The notes below the pieces were generated by a model. The model made no database searches and was not told the DNA's origin. It saw only the letters and a list, made by a program, of their open reading frames with translations. 32,000 nt of DNA from Megasphaera elsdenii DSM 20460 (lineage in GTDB: Bacteria; Bacillota; Negativicutes; Veillonellales; Megasphaeraceae): positions 2,130,001-2,162,000 of the forward strand of contig NZ_CP027570.1 of NCBI RefSeq assembly GCF_003010495.1. The letters run 5' to 3'. This document shows, one piece after another, positions 23,434 to 32,000 of this stretch; within the stretch, counting starts at the first letter, position 1, and each line of letters opens with the position of its first letter. The position numbers and the translations under genes were made by a program.

Positions 23434-25590
23434 ATGGCAGATTTTACGAGTAGTCAATATTTTTTAAATCGTGAATGTACATGGGTCAAATTCAATGAAC
23501 GGGTCCTGCGCGAAGCCATCGTCCCGTCCAATCCACTGCTGGAACAGCTGAACTTCGTCGCCATTGCCGCGTCGAACCTGGACGAATTTTTCATGATCCG
23601 CGTGGCCGGCGTCAAGCACCTCGTCGAAAGCGGCGTCAAGCACATCGATATCGCCGGCATGACGCCGCAGGAACAGTTCGATGCCATCCAGGAAATGGTC
23701 CATAAACTGGTCGACGACCAGTACCGCTATTATGGCGATATCCAGCAGAAACTGCAAGCCCACGGCCTGCATTTCATTCGTGTCGACGCTCTCGATGATG
23801 ACCAGCGGCTGTGGCTGGAAAGCTTTTTTGAACGGGAAATCTATCCCGTCGTCACGCCCATGGCTGTCGATTCCAGCCATCCTTTTCCGTTCCTGGCCAG
23901 TCTGAACCTGAACCTGGCCGTCCTCTTGCGCCGCAAGCAGGGGGACCGTTCCGTCAAGACGGCTATCCTGCCGGTTCCGACGTCGGTCATCGACCGCATC
24001 ATCAAGGTCCCGGACAGCGTTTCCCCGGCCGGAAAACAGCATGACGGCCAGCAGTTCCTCTTCCTGGAAGATGTCATCGCCGCCTATGCGGAACGCTTCT
24101 TCCTGGGCTGCGACATCCTGGAAGTCGCACCGTTCCGCATCACCCGCGACGCTGACCTGGATATCGACGACGATGCCGAGGACCTTTTGATGGAAGTGGA
24201 AAAGAGCTTGAAGAAGCGCCGCAAAGGGGCGGCTGTCCGCCTGGAACTGGCGTCGACGGCGAGCCGCATAATCCGCGACTTCCTGCGTGACGAATTGCAG
24301 CTCGAAGAACGGGATGTGTATGCCATCCCCGGTCCGCTGGACTGCAAGGTCTTTTTCTCCTTCGTCGGCATCGACGGCTATGATGACCTGCGCTATCCGC
24401 CGGTGACGCCGCAGCCGTCGTCGGAACTGGCTGCCATCGACGCGCCTGATTTCTGGTCGGCCATTGCCGAACGGGACGTCATGGTCCATCATCCTTACGA
24501 AACCTTTGAAACGGTGGAACACTTCATCCAGCTGGCGGCGACGGACCCGGATGTCCTGGCCATCAAGCAGACTTTGTACCGCGTCAGCAGCAAGTCGCCG
24601 ATCATCGCAGCCCTGGCCCAGGCGGCAGAAAATGGCAAGCAGGTCACGGTCCTCATGGAAGTCAAGGCCCGTTTCGATGAAGAAAATAATATCCACATGG
24701 CCCGCAAGCTGGAAAAAGCCGGCTGCCATGTCATTTACGGCATCATGGGCCTCAAGACCCACTCCAAGATTACCCTCGTCGTCCGCCGTGAAGAAGATGG
24801 CATCCGCCGTTACGTCCACCTGGCGACGGGCAACTACAACGGCAAGACGGCCCGTATCTATACGGATGTCGGCATCTTGACGGCCAATACCCTCATCGGC
24901 GTCGATGCGTCGGCTTTCTTCAATCTCCTGTCGGGTTATTCCGATCCGCCTCAGTGGAATAAACTGGCCGTCGCGCCGCTCAATCTGAGGGAAACGATTT
25001 ATCAGGAGATCGACCAGGAAATCGCCCAGGCCAAGGCCGGCAAGAAAGCCCTCATCGTGGCCAAGATGAATTCTCTCCTCGATAAATACGTCATTGCCAA
25101 GCTCTATGAAGCGTCGGCAGCCGGCGTCAAGATCCGCCTCATCGTCCGCGGCATCTGCGTCATCCGCCCGGGTCTGCCCGGCATCAGCGAAAACATCGAA
25201 GTCCACAGCATCGTCGGCCGCTTCCTGGAACACAGCCGCCTGTTCTACTTCTATAACGGCGGCAAGGAAGACGTCTTCATTTCGTCGGCTGACTGGATGC
25301 CGCGCAACCTCAATGAACGCGTCGAATTGATGACGCCCGTCGAATTTCCGCCGCATAAAGAACGGATCAAGCGTATCCTGAAAGTATATTTCGACGACAA
25401 TGTCAAGGCCTATGCCATGAACAGCGACGGTTCGTACCGCTACCTGGCAGACGAACGCCAGGGCAAGCCTGTCAACGCCCAGGATACATGCCAGCGCCAG
25501 GCTGAACGGCTGGCATCGGAACGGAAGAAGGCGGCACGCCAGTTCCGCAAGGTCGTCCTGCGTCCACGTCCTGCTGAAGAAGACAAGTAA
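23434..25590 (+). CDS. ppk: Polyphosphate kinase 1
   Basis: The 718 aa product starts FLNRECTWVKFNERVLREA, followed by NLDEFFMIRV, both typical PPK1 N-terminal motifs. It also has PLD-like C-domains (GLKTHSKITLVVRRE, GRFLEHSRLFYF). Confidence 0.97.
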   Translation: MADFTSSQYFLNRECTWVKFNERVLREAIVPSNPLLEQLNFVAIAASNLDEFFMIRVAGVKHLVESGVKHIDIAGMTPQEQFDAIQEMVHKLVDDQYRYYGDIQQKLQAHGLHFIRVDALDDDQRLWLESFFEREIYPVVTPMAVDSSHPFPFLASLNLNLAVLLRRKQGDRSVKTAILPVPTSVIDRIIKVPDSVSPAGKQHDGQQFLFLEDVIAAYAERFFLGCDILEVAPFRITRDADLDIDDDAEDLLMEVEKSLKKRRKGAAVRLELASTASRIIRDFLRDELQLEERDVYAIPGPLDCKVFFSFVGIDGYDDLRYPPVTPQPSSELAAIDAPDFWSAIAERDVMVHHPYETFETVEHFIQLAATDPDVLAIKQTLYRVSSKSPIIAALAQAAENGKQVTVLMEVKARFDEENNIHMARKLEKAGCHVIYGIMGLKTHSKITLVVRREEDGIRRYVHLATGNYNGKTARIYTDVGILTANTLIGVDASAFFNLLSGYSDPPQWNKLAVAPLNLRETIYQEIDQEIAQAKAGKKALIVAKMNSLLDKYVIAKLYEASAAGVKIRLIVRGICVIRPGLPGISENIEVHSIVGRFLEHSRLFYFYNGGKEDVFISSADWMPRNLNERVELMTPVEFPPHKERIKRILKVYFDDNVKAYAMNSDGSYRYLADERQGKPVNAQDTCQRQAERLASERKKAARQFRKVVLRPRPAEEDK

Positions 25591-25591
25591 A

Positions 25592-25620
25592 TTGACAAGC
25601 CTGCCGGTCTTTGCTAAAAT
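25592..25620 (+). promoter_or_regulatory. Near-consensus sigma-70 promoter of the YabE-like gene
   Basis: TTGACA (25592-25597), a 17 nt spacer, then TGcTAAAAT (25612-25620). An AGGAGG SD follows at 25636-25641. Confidence 0.7.
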
Positions 25621-25647
25621 GAAAAGAAAAGCTTTAGGAGGCATGGC

Positions 25648-26654
25648 ATGGACTGGAAACGATTCAGTATGACTGGATTCAAGAATAAACGACCGATTAC
25701 ACGCATGTACGCCACGATGATCGCCTTATTGGTCATCGTGTCTTTGACGGGCTTCATCGACCGGGGGAAATCAGTGACCCTCGTCGCCGACGGCACGACC
25801 CGCCAGGTATATACTCACGCCGTCAATGAACAGGCTTTGATGCGGGAAAACAATATCGATATGGGCGATTACGATGAAATCGACGTATCGACGCAGAAGC
25901 TTGCCGACGGCAGTTACGTCAAGGTGCGCCGGGCTATCCCGGTGACCCTGGAATACCGGGGCAGAAGCAGCAGGTCTATACGGCCAAGCACAATTCCCAG
26001 GAAGTAGCCGAACAGTACGGCTACAACAAGGAAAAGTACCGCCCTTATGGCGACGTACAGAAGCCGCTCCAGGCCGGGGAAAATATCGTCATCGGCCACG
26101 TCTCGCGCAAGACGATCACCGAAGATGAAGTGGTGCCGTACGCCATCGAAAGCATCCCTGATGAAACTCTGGGCCAGGGCGAAGAGAAAATCGTCCAGGA
26201 AGGGCAGAACGGCCGCAAACGGGTCAAGCTGAACATCGTCAGCGTCGACGGCCAGGTCGCCGACAAGGAAACGCTTTCGACGGAGCTCATTTCGGAAATG
26301 CAGCCGCTGATCCGCAAGGTCGGCACCAAGGAAACGGTTGAAATCAACACCAGTACCGGCGACGTATCCCATTACCAGAAGATCATCACCATGGAAGCCA
26401 CGGCCTATCTGCCGACTGATGGCGACGGCCAGTGCATCACCCGCATGGGGACGCGGGCCCGCTATGGCGTCGTCGCCGTCGACCCCAACGTCATCCCCTT
26501 GGGTTCGACCGTCTTCATCCCCGGCTATGGCGTAGCCCGGGCCGAAGATACAGGCGGAGCCATCCTCGGCAACCGCATCGACCTCTGCATGGAAGACTAC
26601 GATGCCTGCATGACCTTCGGCCGCCGCACCGTACCGGTCTATATCTTGAATTAA
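25648..26654 (+). pseudogene. DUF348-DUF348-G5-3D domain cell-wall protein (YabE/RpfB-like), interrupted by a -1 frameshift in a G4 run
   Basis: Frame 1 reads ...RRAIPVTLEYRG and then hits a stop at 26005-26007. Frame 3 continues from 25962 as QKQQVYTAKHNSQEVAEQYG...TITEDEVVPYAIESIPDETLGQGEEKIVQEGQNGRK (G5)...MEATAYLPTDGDG...VVAVDPNVIPLGSTVFIPGYG...AEDTGGAI (3D). The switch point is TACCGGGGCAG (25954-25964). One extra G would restore a single ORF of about 336 aa. Confidence 0.75.
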
Positions 26655-26691
26655 GGTTTGAATCATCCGCTACAAACTTCAAACACGTCCG

Positions 26692-26730
26692 CAAGGGCAG
26701 GCATTTGAAAAAATGCTTGCCCTTGTTTGT
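26692..26730 (+). terminator. Intrinsic terminator after the YabE-like gene
   Basis: CAAGGGCAGGCATT (26692-26705), a 6 nt loop, AATGCTTGCCCTTG (26712-25), then TTTGT. The stem is 14 bp with one G-U pair. Confidence 0.7.
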
Positions 26731-26745
26731 CATATATGCTATAAT
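26717..26745 (+). promoter_or_regulatory. Candidate rpsB promoter
   Basis: TTGCCC (26717-26722), a 17 nt spacer, then TGcTATAAT (26737-26745). It implies a leader of about 120 nt before rpsB. Confidence 0.5.
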
Positions 26746-26873
26746 ATCAAAGGTTTGAATACCAAGATCCAAAATACACACGCTTGGCGAGCTCAGCACT
26801 GTGCCCCTCCCAGGGGGGAAGGGTGAAGATGAGCGATGACCGGGCGGAGGAAAAAACAGGAGGAATCACAATT

Positions 26874-27617
26874 ATGGCAGTAGTATCTATGAAACAATTA
26901 TTGGAAGCCGGCGTTCATTTCGGTCATCAGACCCGCCGTTGGAACCCGAAGATGGCTCGTTTCATCTTCACCGAACGTAACGGTATCTACATCATCGACT
27001 TGCAGAAAACCGTTAAGAAAATGGACGAAGCTTACAATTTTGTCCGCGACCTGGCTGCTGAAGGCGGCAAAGTCCTCTTCGTAGGCACGAAAAAACAGGC
27101 TCAGGAATCCATTAAAAACGAAGCAGAACGTTGCAACCAGTACTTCGTCAACGAACGCTGGCTCGGCGGTATGCTCACCAACTTCCAGACCATCGAAAAA
27201 CGCGTAAAACGCTTGAAGACTTTGGAAAAACAGGCTGAAGACGGCACGTTCGAAATCCTGCCGAAGAAAGAAGTTACGCTCCTCAAACACGAAATGGAAA
27301 AACTTCAGAAATACCTCGGCGGCATCAAAGACATGAAGAAACTTCCGGACGCTCTCTTCATCATCGACCCGAAAAAAGAAGAAATCGCTGTTTCCGAAGC
27401 TCGTAAACTTCACATCCCCATCATCGCTACGGTTGACACCAACTGCGATCCCGATGTCATCGACTATCCGATCCCGGCTAACGACGACGCTATCCGCGCT
27501 GTCAAACTCTTGACCGGCAAAATCGCTGACGCTGTCCTCGAAGGCAACCAGGGCGAACAGACGGAAGAAGGCGCCGCTGAAGGTGCTGAAGCAGCTGAAG
27601 AAAAAGCAGCAGAATAA
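26874..27617 (+). CDS. rpsB: 30S ribosomal protein S2
   Basis: The product starts [36 protein letters not shown] lies 9 nt upstream. The track's extension to 26784 has no support. Confidence 0.97.
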   Translation: MAVVSMKQLLEAGVHFGHQTRRWNPKMARFIFTERNGIYIIDLQKTVKKMDEAYNFVRDLAAEGGKVLFVGTKKQAQESIKNEAERCNQYFVNERWLGGMLTNFQTIEKRVKRLKTLEKQAEDGTFEILPKKEVTLLKHEMEKLQKYLGGIKDMKKLPDALFIIDPKKEEIAVSEARKLHIPIIATVDTNCDPDVIDYPIPANDDAIRAVKLLTGKIADAVLEGNQGEQTEEGAAEGAEAAEEKAAE

Positions 27618-27653
27618 GATCGTTTGTTCTTTGAGAACTGAATGGTTAGTATA

Positions 27654-27685
27654 GGAAGGTAAGGAGCCTTTGCTTCTTACCTTTC
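27654..27685 (+). other. Hairpin between rpsB and tsf (possible partial terminator/attenuator)
   Basis: GGAAGGTAAGGAGC (27654-27667), loop CTTT, GCTTCTTACCTTTC (27672-27685). The stem is 14 bp with two G-U pairs, followed by a TTC-rich rather than a clean T tract. Confidence 0.4.
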
Positions 27686-27726
27686 TTCAAACTGTATAAT
27701 TCACATTACTTTTAGGAGGAATACTC

Positions 27727-28374
27727 ATGGCTATTACAGCAGCAATGGTAAAAGAATTAAGAACGAAAACCGGTGCAGGCATGATGGACTGCAAAAAAGC
27801 ATTGACCGAAAGCAACGGCGATATGGAAAAAGCCGTCGACTTGCTTCGTGAACACGGCTTGGCTGCAGCAGCTAAGAAAGCAGACCGCATCGCTGCTGAA
27901 GGTTTAGTTTATTCTTACATCCATGGCAACGGCCGTATCGGCGTCCTCGTCGAAGTCAACTGCGAAACGGACTTCGTCGCTCAGACAGACAACTTCAAAG
28001 CACTCTGCAAAGATATTGCAATGCAGATCGCTGCTGCAAAACCGGCATACCTCAAACGCGAAGAAGTTCCGGCTGAAGTTTTGGAACATGAAAAAGAAGT
28101 TCTCCGCCAGCAGGCCCTGAACGAAGGCAAACCGGAAAAGATCGTCGAAAAGATGATCGTCGGCCGTATCGAAAAATTCTACAAAGAAAACTGCCTCCTC
28201 GATCAGGAATTCATCAAAGATTCTGACAAGACGGTCCAGCAGGTCGTTACCGAAGCGGTTGCTAAAATCGGTGAAAAAATCGACATCCGCCGTTATACAC
28301 GTTATGAATTGGGTGAAGGCCTGGAAAAACGGAACGATGATTTTGTTTCCGAAGTAATGGCACAAGCTAAATAA
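27727..28374 (+). CDS. tsf: Elongation factor Ts (short form)
   Basis: The product starts [50 protein letters not shown] lies upstream. Confidence 0.97.
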   Translation: MAITAAMVKELRTKTGAGMMDCKKALTESNGDMEKAVDLLREHGLAAAAKKADRIAAEGLVYSYIHGNGRIGVLVEVNCETDFVAQTDNFKALCKDIAMQIAAAKPAYLKREEVPAEVLEHEKEVLRQQALNEGKPEKIVEKMIVGRIEKFYKENCLLDQEFIKDSDKTVQQVVTEAVAKIGEKIDIRRYTRYELGEGLEKRNDDFVSEVMAQAK

Positions 28375-28381
28375 GATTGCA

Positions 28382-28416
28382 TAAGAGAACACCCAACCCG
28401 TGTTCTCTTATTTTCT
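28382..28416 (+). terminator. Intrinsic terminator after tsf
   Basis: TAAGAGAACAC (28382-28392), loop CCAACCC, GTGTTCTCTTA (28400-28410), then TTTTCT. Confidence 0.8.
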
Positions 28417-28418
28417 AA

Positions 28419-29180
<762 letters not shown>

Positions 29181-29226
29181 ACGCTGTATGATATACTTAT
29201 AAAAATAAAATAAGGAAGTGATTGAC

Positions 29227-29787
29227 ATGGAAGTAAAAGAAATCATTGCCCAGCACGAAGAAAAGATGGACAAGACCATCGAAGCCCTGAAACGGGAATT
29301 GTCGTCGATCCGCACGGGCCGCGCCAGCACATCCCTGCTGGACCGGATTACCGTCGACTACTACGGTACGCCGACACCGGTCAAACAGGTCGCCAACGTA
29401 TCGGTCCCGGAACCGCGCATGATCACCATCGCTCCGTGGGAACCGAAGATGCTCGGTGAAATCGAAAAGGCCATCCTCAAGTCTGACTTGGGCCTGAACC
29501 CGAACAACGACGGCAAGATCATCCGCCTGGAAATTCCCCAGCTGACGGAAGAACGCCGTAAAGAACTGAGCAAGAAAGTCAGCAAGATCGCTGAAGACTC
29601 GAAAGTTGTCATCCGCAACATCCGCCGCGACGCCAACGAAACCATCAAGAAGATGGAAAAGAAGAAGGAAGTCACGGAAGATGACAGCAAGGAAGGTCAG
29701 GAAAATATCCAGAAGCTGACAGATAAAAAAATCAAGGCCATCGACGAAATCAAAGCGAAAAAAGAAAAAGAAGTCATGGCCGTATGA
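29227..29787 (+). CDS. frr: Ribosome recycling factor
   Basis: The 186 aa product starts [34 protein letters not shown] and contains [10 protein letters not shown] chose the ATG at 29227 because the AGGAAG SD ends 8 nt upstream. Confidence 0.95.
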   Translation: MEVKEIIAQHEEKMDKTIEALKRELSSIRTGRASTSLLDRITVDYYGTPTPVKQVANVSVPEPRMITIAPWEPKMLGEIEKAILKSDLGLNPNNDGKIIRLEIPQLTEERRKELSKKVSKIAEDSKVVIRNIRRDANETIKKMEKKKEVTEDDSKEGQENIQKLTDKKIKAIDEIKAKKEKEVMAV

Positions 29788-30038
29788 TGGATATACGGAT
29801 TTTTATTGGCATGCCGTTACGGTATGCCAAATCTGTATTACAGGAAAAAAATATTCCTTATGTCATAGAGCGGACTGTGTCGCGGAGCCATTTCTTCCAC
29901 TGCGACCCTCAGCAGACCTATGTCATCCGTGCCCAGGAAAGGGAAGACGGCACGGTCTGCCTGTTAGTCGATGACAGCCTGGAAATGAGCAGCTCCGTAG
30001 CCGCAGTGCTGCGAAATGGAGACGTACAGCATGATTAA
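29784..30038 (+). CDS. Small hypothetical protein (84 aa) filling the frr-uppS gap
   Basis: The start overlaps the frr stop (ATGA at 29784-29787) and the stop overlaps the uppS start (ATGATTAA at 30031-30038). I recognise no family. Confidence 0.5.
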   Translation: MMDIRIFIGMPLRYAKSVLQEKNIPYVIERTVSRSHFFHCDPQQTYVIRAQEREDGTVCLLVDDSLEMSSSVAAVLRNGDVQHD

Positions 30039-30798
30039 CTTTTTTGGCAAAAAGAAAGAAACTTCCGGCTCCGTATCCGAGGGGATGCTGGATCCCCATA
30101 ATATTCCCCGCCACGTGGCCATCATCATGGATGGCAACGGCCGCTGGGCCAAGCGCAAAGGCTTGCCCCGCAGTTACGGCCACCGCGCCGGCGCCGATAC
30201 GCTGAAGCGCATCGTCATCGCCGCCGATGACCTGGGCATCAAGGTCCTGACGGTCTATGCCTTTTCGACGGAGAACTGGAAGCGCCCTGATGAAGAAGTG
30301 TCGTACATCATGAAGCTCATGAAGAGTTACTTGAGCAAGAATCTCTTGGAACTCAAGGAACACAACGTGCGGCTCCATGTCATCGGTGATATGAAGCGGC
30401 TCCACCCGGATTTGCAGGAAGCCTTTGCCCAGGCCGAAGCGGACATGGCTGCCAACACAGGCCTCATCCTCAACGTGGCTGTCAATTACGGCGGCCGCCT
30501 GGAAATCACCCAGGCCGCCCGCAGGCTGGCCGAAGCCGTCCAGGCCGGGACGATTCAGCCCGAAGAGATTACCGAAGCGACATTGGCCCAGTACCTGTAT
30601 ACGGACCCGGAAAACGACGTGGACCTGCTCATCCGTCCCGGTGCGGACAAGCGGGTCAGCAATTTCCTCCTGTGGCAGATGGCCTATGCCGAGTTCTGGT
30701 TCACCCAGCTCTGCTGGCCCGATTTCACCAAGGATACCCTGGTCGAAGCGATTCTATCCTTCCAGGGCCGGGAACGGCGCTTCGGCGGCTTAAAATAA
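30031..30798 (+). CDS. uppS: Isoprenyl transferase / undecaprenyl diphosphate synthase
   Basis: The product contains RHVAIIMDGNGRWAKRKGLPRSYGHRAG, FSTENWKRP and RVSNFLLWQMAYAEF. I preferred the ATG at 30031 (GGAG 9 nt upstream). The ATG at 30016 is an alternative start. Confidence 0.95.
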   Translation: MINFFGKKKETSGSVSEGMLDPHNIPRHVAIIMDGNGRWAKRKGLPRSYGHRAGADTLKRIVIAADDLGIKVLTVYAFSTENWKRPDEEVSYIMKLMKSYLSKNLLELKEHNVRLHVIGDMKRLHPDLQEAFAQAEADMAANTGLILNVAVNYGGRLEITQAARRLAEAVQAGTIQPEEITEATLAQYLYTDPENDVDLLIRPGADKRVSNFLLWQMAYAEFWFTQLCWPDFTKDTLVEAILSFQGRERRFGGLK

Positions 30799-30817
30799 AT
30801 CAGGGAAGGTATATGAT

Positions 30818-31645
30818 ATGTTGGCAAAACGAATACTGACAGGCATCGTCGGCGGTGCCTTTACGATTTTTGTGATTTACGAAGGGAACTGGCTGTTTTT
30901 CCTCATGATGGCCTTGTTATCCCTCGTCGCCTGGTACGAATACGGCAACCTGGTCCGCAAGCTCCATGCCGTGCCCGCAGACAAATGCGGTGCCGTCTGG
31001 CTCGTCGCCATCTTAGCAGCCTATTGGTTCGGCAGTACCAAGGCCATGCTCGTCCTGGCTCTGGGCCTGCTCTGCTGGCTCATGCTGCGGACGGTGTTCT
31101 TTCACGATAAGGTCAAGCCCGTAGACAGCGCCTATACGTTATACGGCCTGCTCTACATCGGCTGCGGCTTTCTGGCTATGCTGGCCCTGCGCAGCGGTTC
31201 CGTCGCGTCCTTCATGGGCAGCAGTTTCAGCGCCGTCATGCTGGAACCGGCGCGGTTCTTCGTCTTTCTCCTCATCTTCTCGACCTGGGCCAGTGATACC
31301 TTTGCCTTCGCCGTCGGCAAGATGATGGGCAAAGTCAAGCTCTGCCCGGCTATCAGCCCCGGCAAGACCCGCGAAGGGGCTATCGGCGGTTTCGTCGGCA
31401 CCCTGGCGGTAGCCATCATTTTCTCGCTGATCTTTAAATTCTCCGTGCTCCATGCCTTGGCCATCGGCATCATCGTCGGCATCATGGCGCCTTTGGGAGA
31501 CTTGGTCGAATCCATCTTGAAGCGCGTCTGCGGCGTCAAGGATTCGGGAAACATTATTCCCGGCCACGGCGGTGTCCTGGACCGCTTCGACAGCCTCCTC
31601 TTTGCAGCGCCGGCACTGTATGCCTATTTGATTCTGGTTATTTAA
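30818..31645 (+). CDS. cdsA: Phosphatidate cytidylyltransferase
   Basis: The polytopic product carries the signature SDTFAFAVGKMMGK...SPGKTREGAIGG...GDLVESILKR..GVKDSGNIIPGHGGVLDRFDS. Confidence 0.93.
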   Translation: MLAKRILTGIVGGAFTIFVIYEGNWLFFLMMALLSLVAWYEYGNLVRKLHAVPADKCGAVWLVAILAAYWFGSTKAMLVLALGLLCWLMLRTVFFHDKVKPVDSAYTLYGLLYIGCGFLAMLALRSGSVASFMGSSFSAVMLEPARFFVFLLIFSTWASDTFAFAVGKMMGKVKLCPAISPGKTREGAIGGFVGTLAVAIIFSLIFKFSVLHALAIGIIVGIMAPLGDLVESILKRVCGVKDSGNIIPGHGGVLDRFDSLLFAAPALYAYLILVI

Positions 31646-31658
31646 GGAGGGCAGGGGA

Positions 31659-32000
31659 ATGAAGGATATTCTGATTTTAGGCAGCACCGGTTCCATCGGG
31701 ACCCAGGCTGTCGACGTCATCGAAGCCCATCCGGATGCCTTCCGCCTGGCCGGCGTTGCTGCCTATTCCCATTGGCAGGCCGTGGCCCGGCAGGTACAGG
31801 ACCATCAGGTGAAATGGGCCTGCATGGTCGACGAAAAGGCCGCTGACGAACTGCGCCGCGCCGTCGGCCCGGCGTGTACTGTCTTTTCCGGCAGCGAAGG
31901 GCTGTTAAAGCTCATCGATGAATGTGACGCCCGCATCGTCCTGACGTCCCTCGTCGGTGCCGCCGGTATCGAACCGACACTGCATGCCATCGAAAAGGGC
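31659..32000 (+). CDS. dxr: 1-deoxy-D-xylulose 5-phosphate reductoisomerase; N-terminal 114 codons, continuing beyond the window
   Basis: Absent from the ORF track because there is no stop in the window. The ATG at 31659 follows an AGGAGGG SD. The translation reads MKDILILGSTGSIGTQAVDVIEAHPDAFRLAGVAAY..., which contains the Dxr NADPH-binding motif. Confidence 0.93.
   Translation, partial: MKDILILGSTGSIGTQAVDVIEAHPDAFRLAGVAAYSHWQAVARQVQDHQVKWACMVDEKAADELRRAVGPACTVFSGSEGLLKLIDECDARIVLTSLVGAAGIEPTLHAIEKG

Noticed and set aside
21882-25590. The ppx-ppk pair as something unusual
   Set aside because: Adjacent exopolyphosphatase and polyphosphate kinase genes are a common arrangement. Both proteins look full-length and canonical.
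25648-26654. Treating 25648..26007 and 26130..26654 as two separate genes
   Set aside because: The frame of the second ORF is open all the way back to 25923 and continues the DUF348 repeat pattern directly from the first ORF. There is no SD before 26130. A single-base frameshift in the G run explains both pieces.
26784-26873. In-frame upstream extension of rpsB, and similar track extensions of gdhA (to 2619), pyrH (28419), frr (29218), ppx (21870) and PHP (2733)
   Set aside because: The extensions start at non-ATG codons without an SD and add residues absent from these well-known protein families. Internal ATGs with properly spaced SDs reproduce the canonical N-termini.

Overview
This 32 kb chromosomal window is almost fully coding. 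It comes from a moderately GC-rich Firmicute with diderm traits (RND efflux pump, many lipoboxes, Tat signals). The gene order suggests Negativicutes/Veillonellaceae, possibly Megasphaera-like; that taxonomic call is inference only. Genes in order: FAH-family hydrolase (partial, -), gdhA (-), PHP phosphoesterase, secreted Amidase_2 amidase, mfd, SpoVB/MurJ-like MOP flippase, DUF554 membrane protein, and a MarR + RND adaptor + RND pump operon. Next comes a four-gene operon of two lipoprotein flavodoxins, a Tat-signal Fe-S aldo/keto reductase and a NapH-NapG-like fused membrane polyferredoxin. Then follow an acidic hypothetical (-), an amino-acid permease, ppx, ppk1, a frameshifted DUF348-G5-3D (YabE-like) gene, and the conserved rpsB-tsf-pyrH-frr-(small ORF)-uppS-cdsA-dxr cluster. 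I found no rRNA, tRNA, CRISPR array, transposase or phage genes. The most interesting item is the 15471-19816 operon: every product carries an export or membrane signal, which suggests an uncharacterised membrane-to-periplasm electron chain feeding a periplasmic Fe-S AKR. Other points worth a second look: a structured GC-rich intergenic repeat present in two copies, a -1 frameshift in a G run, a translationally coupled small ORF between frr and uppS, and palindromic operators. All coordinates and motifs were read by eye from the sequence; no database search was possible.
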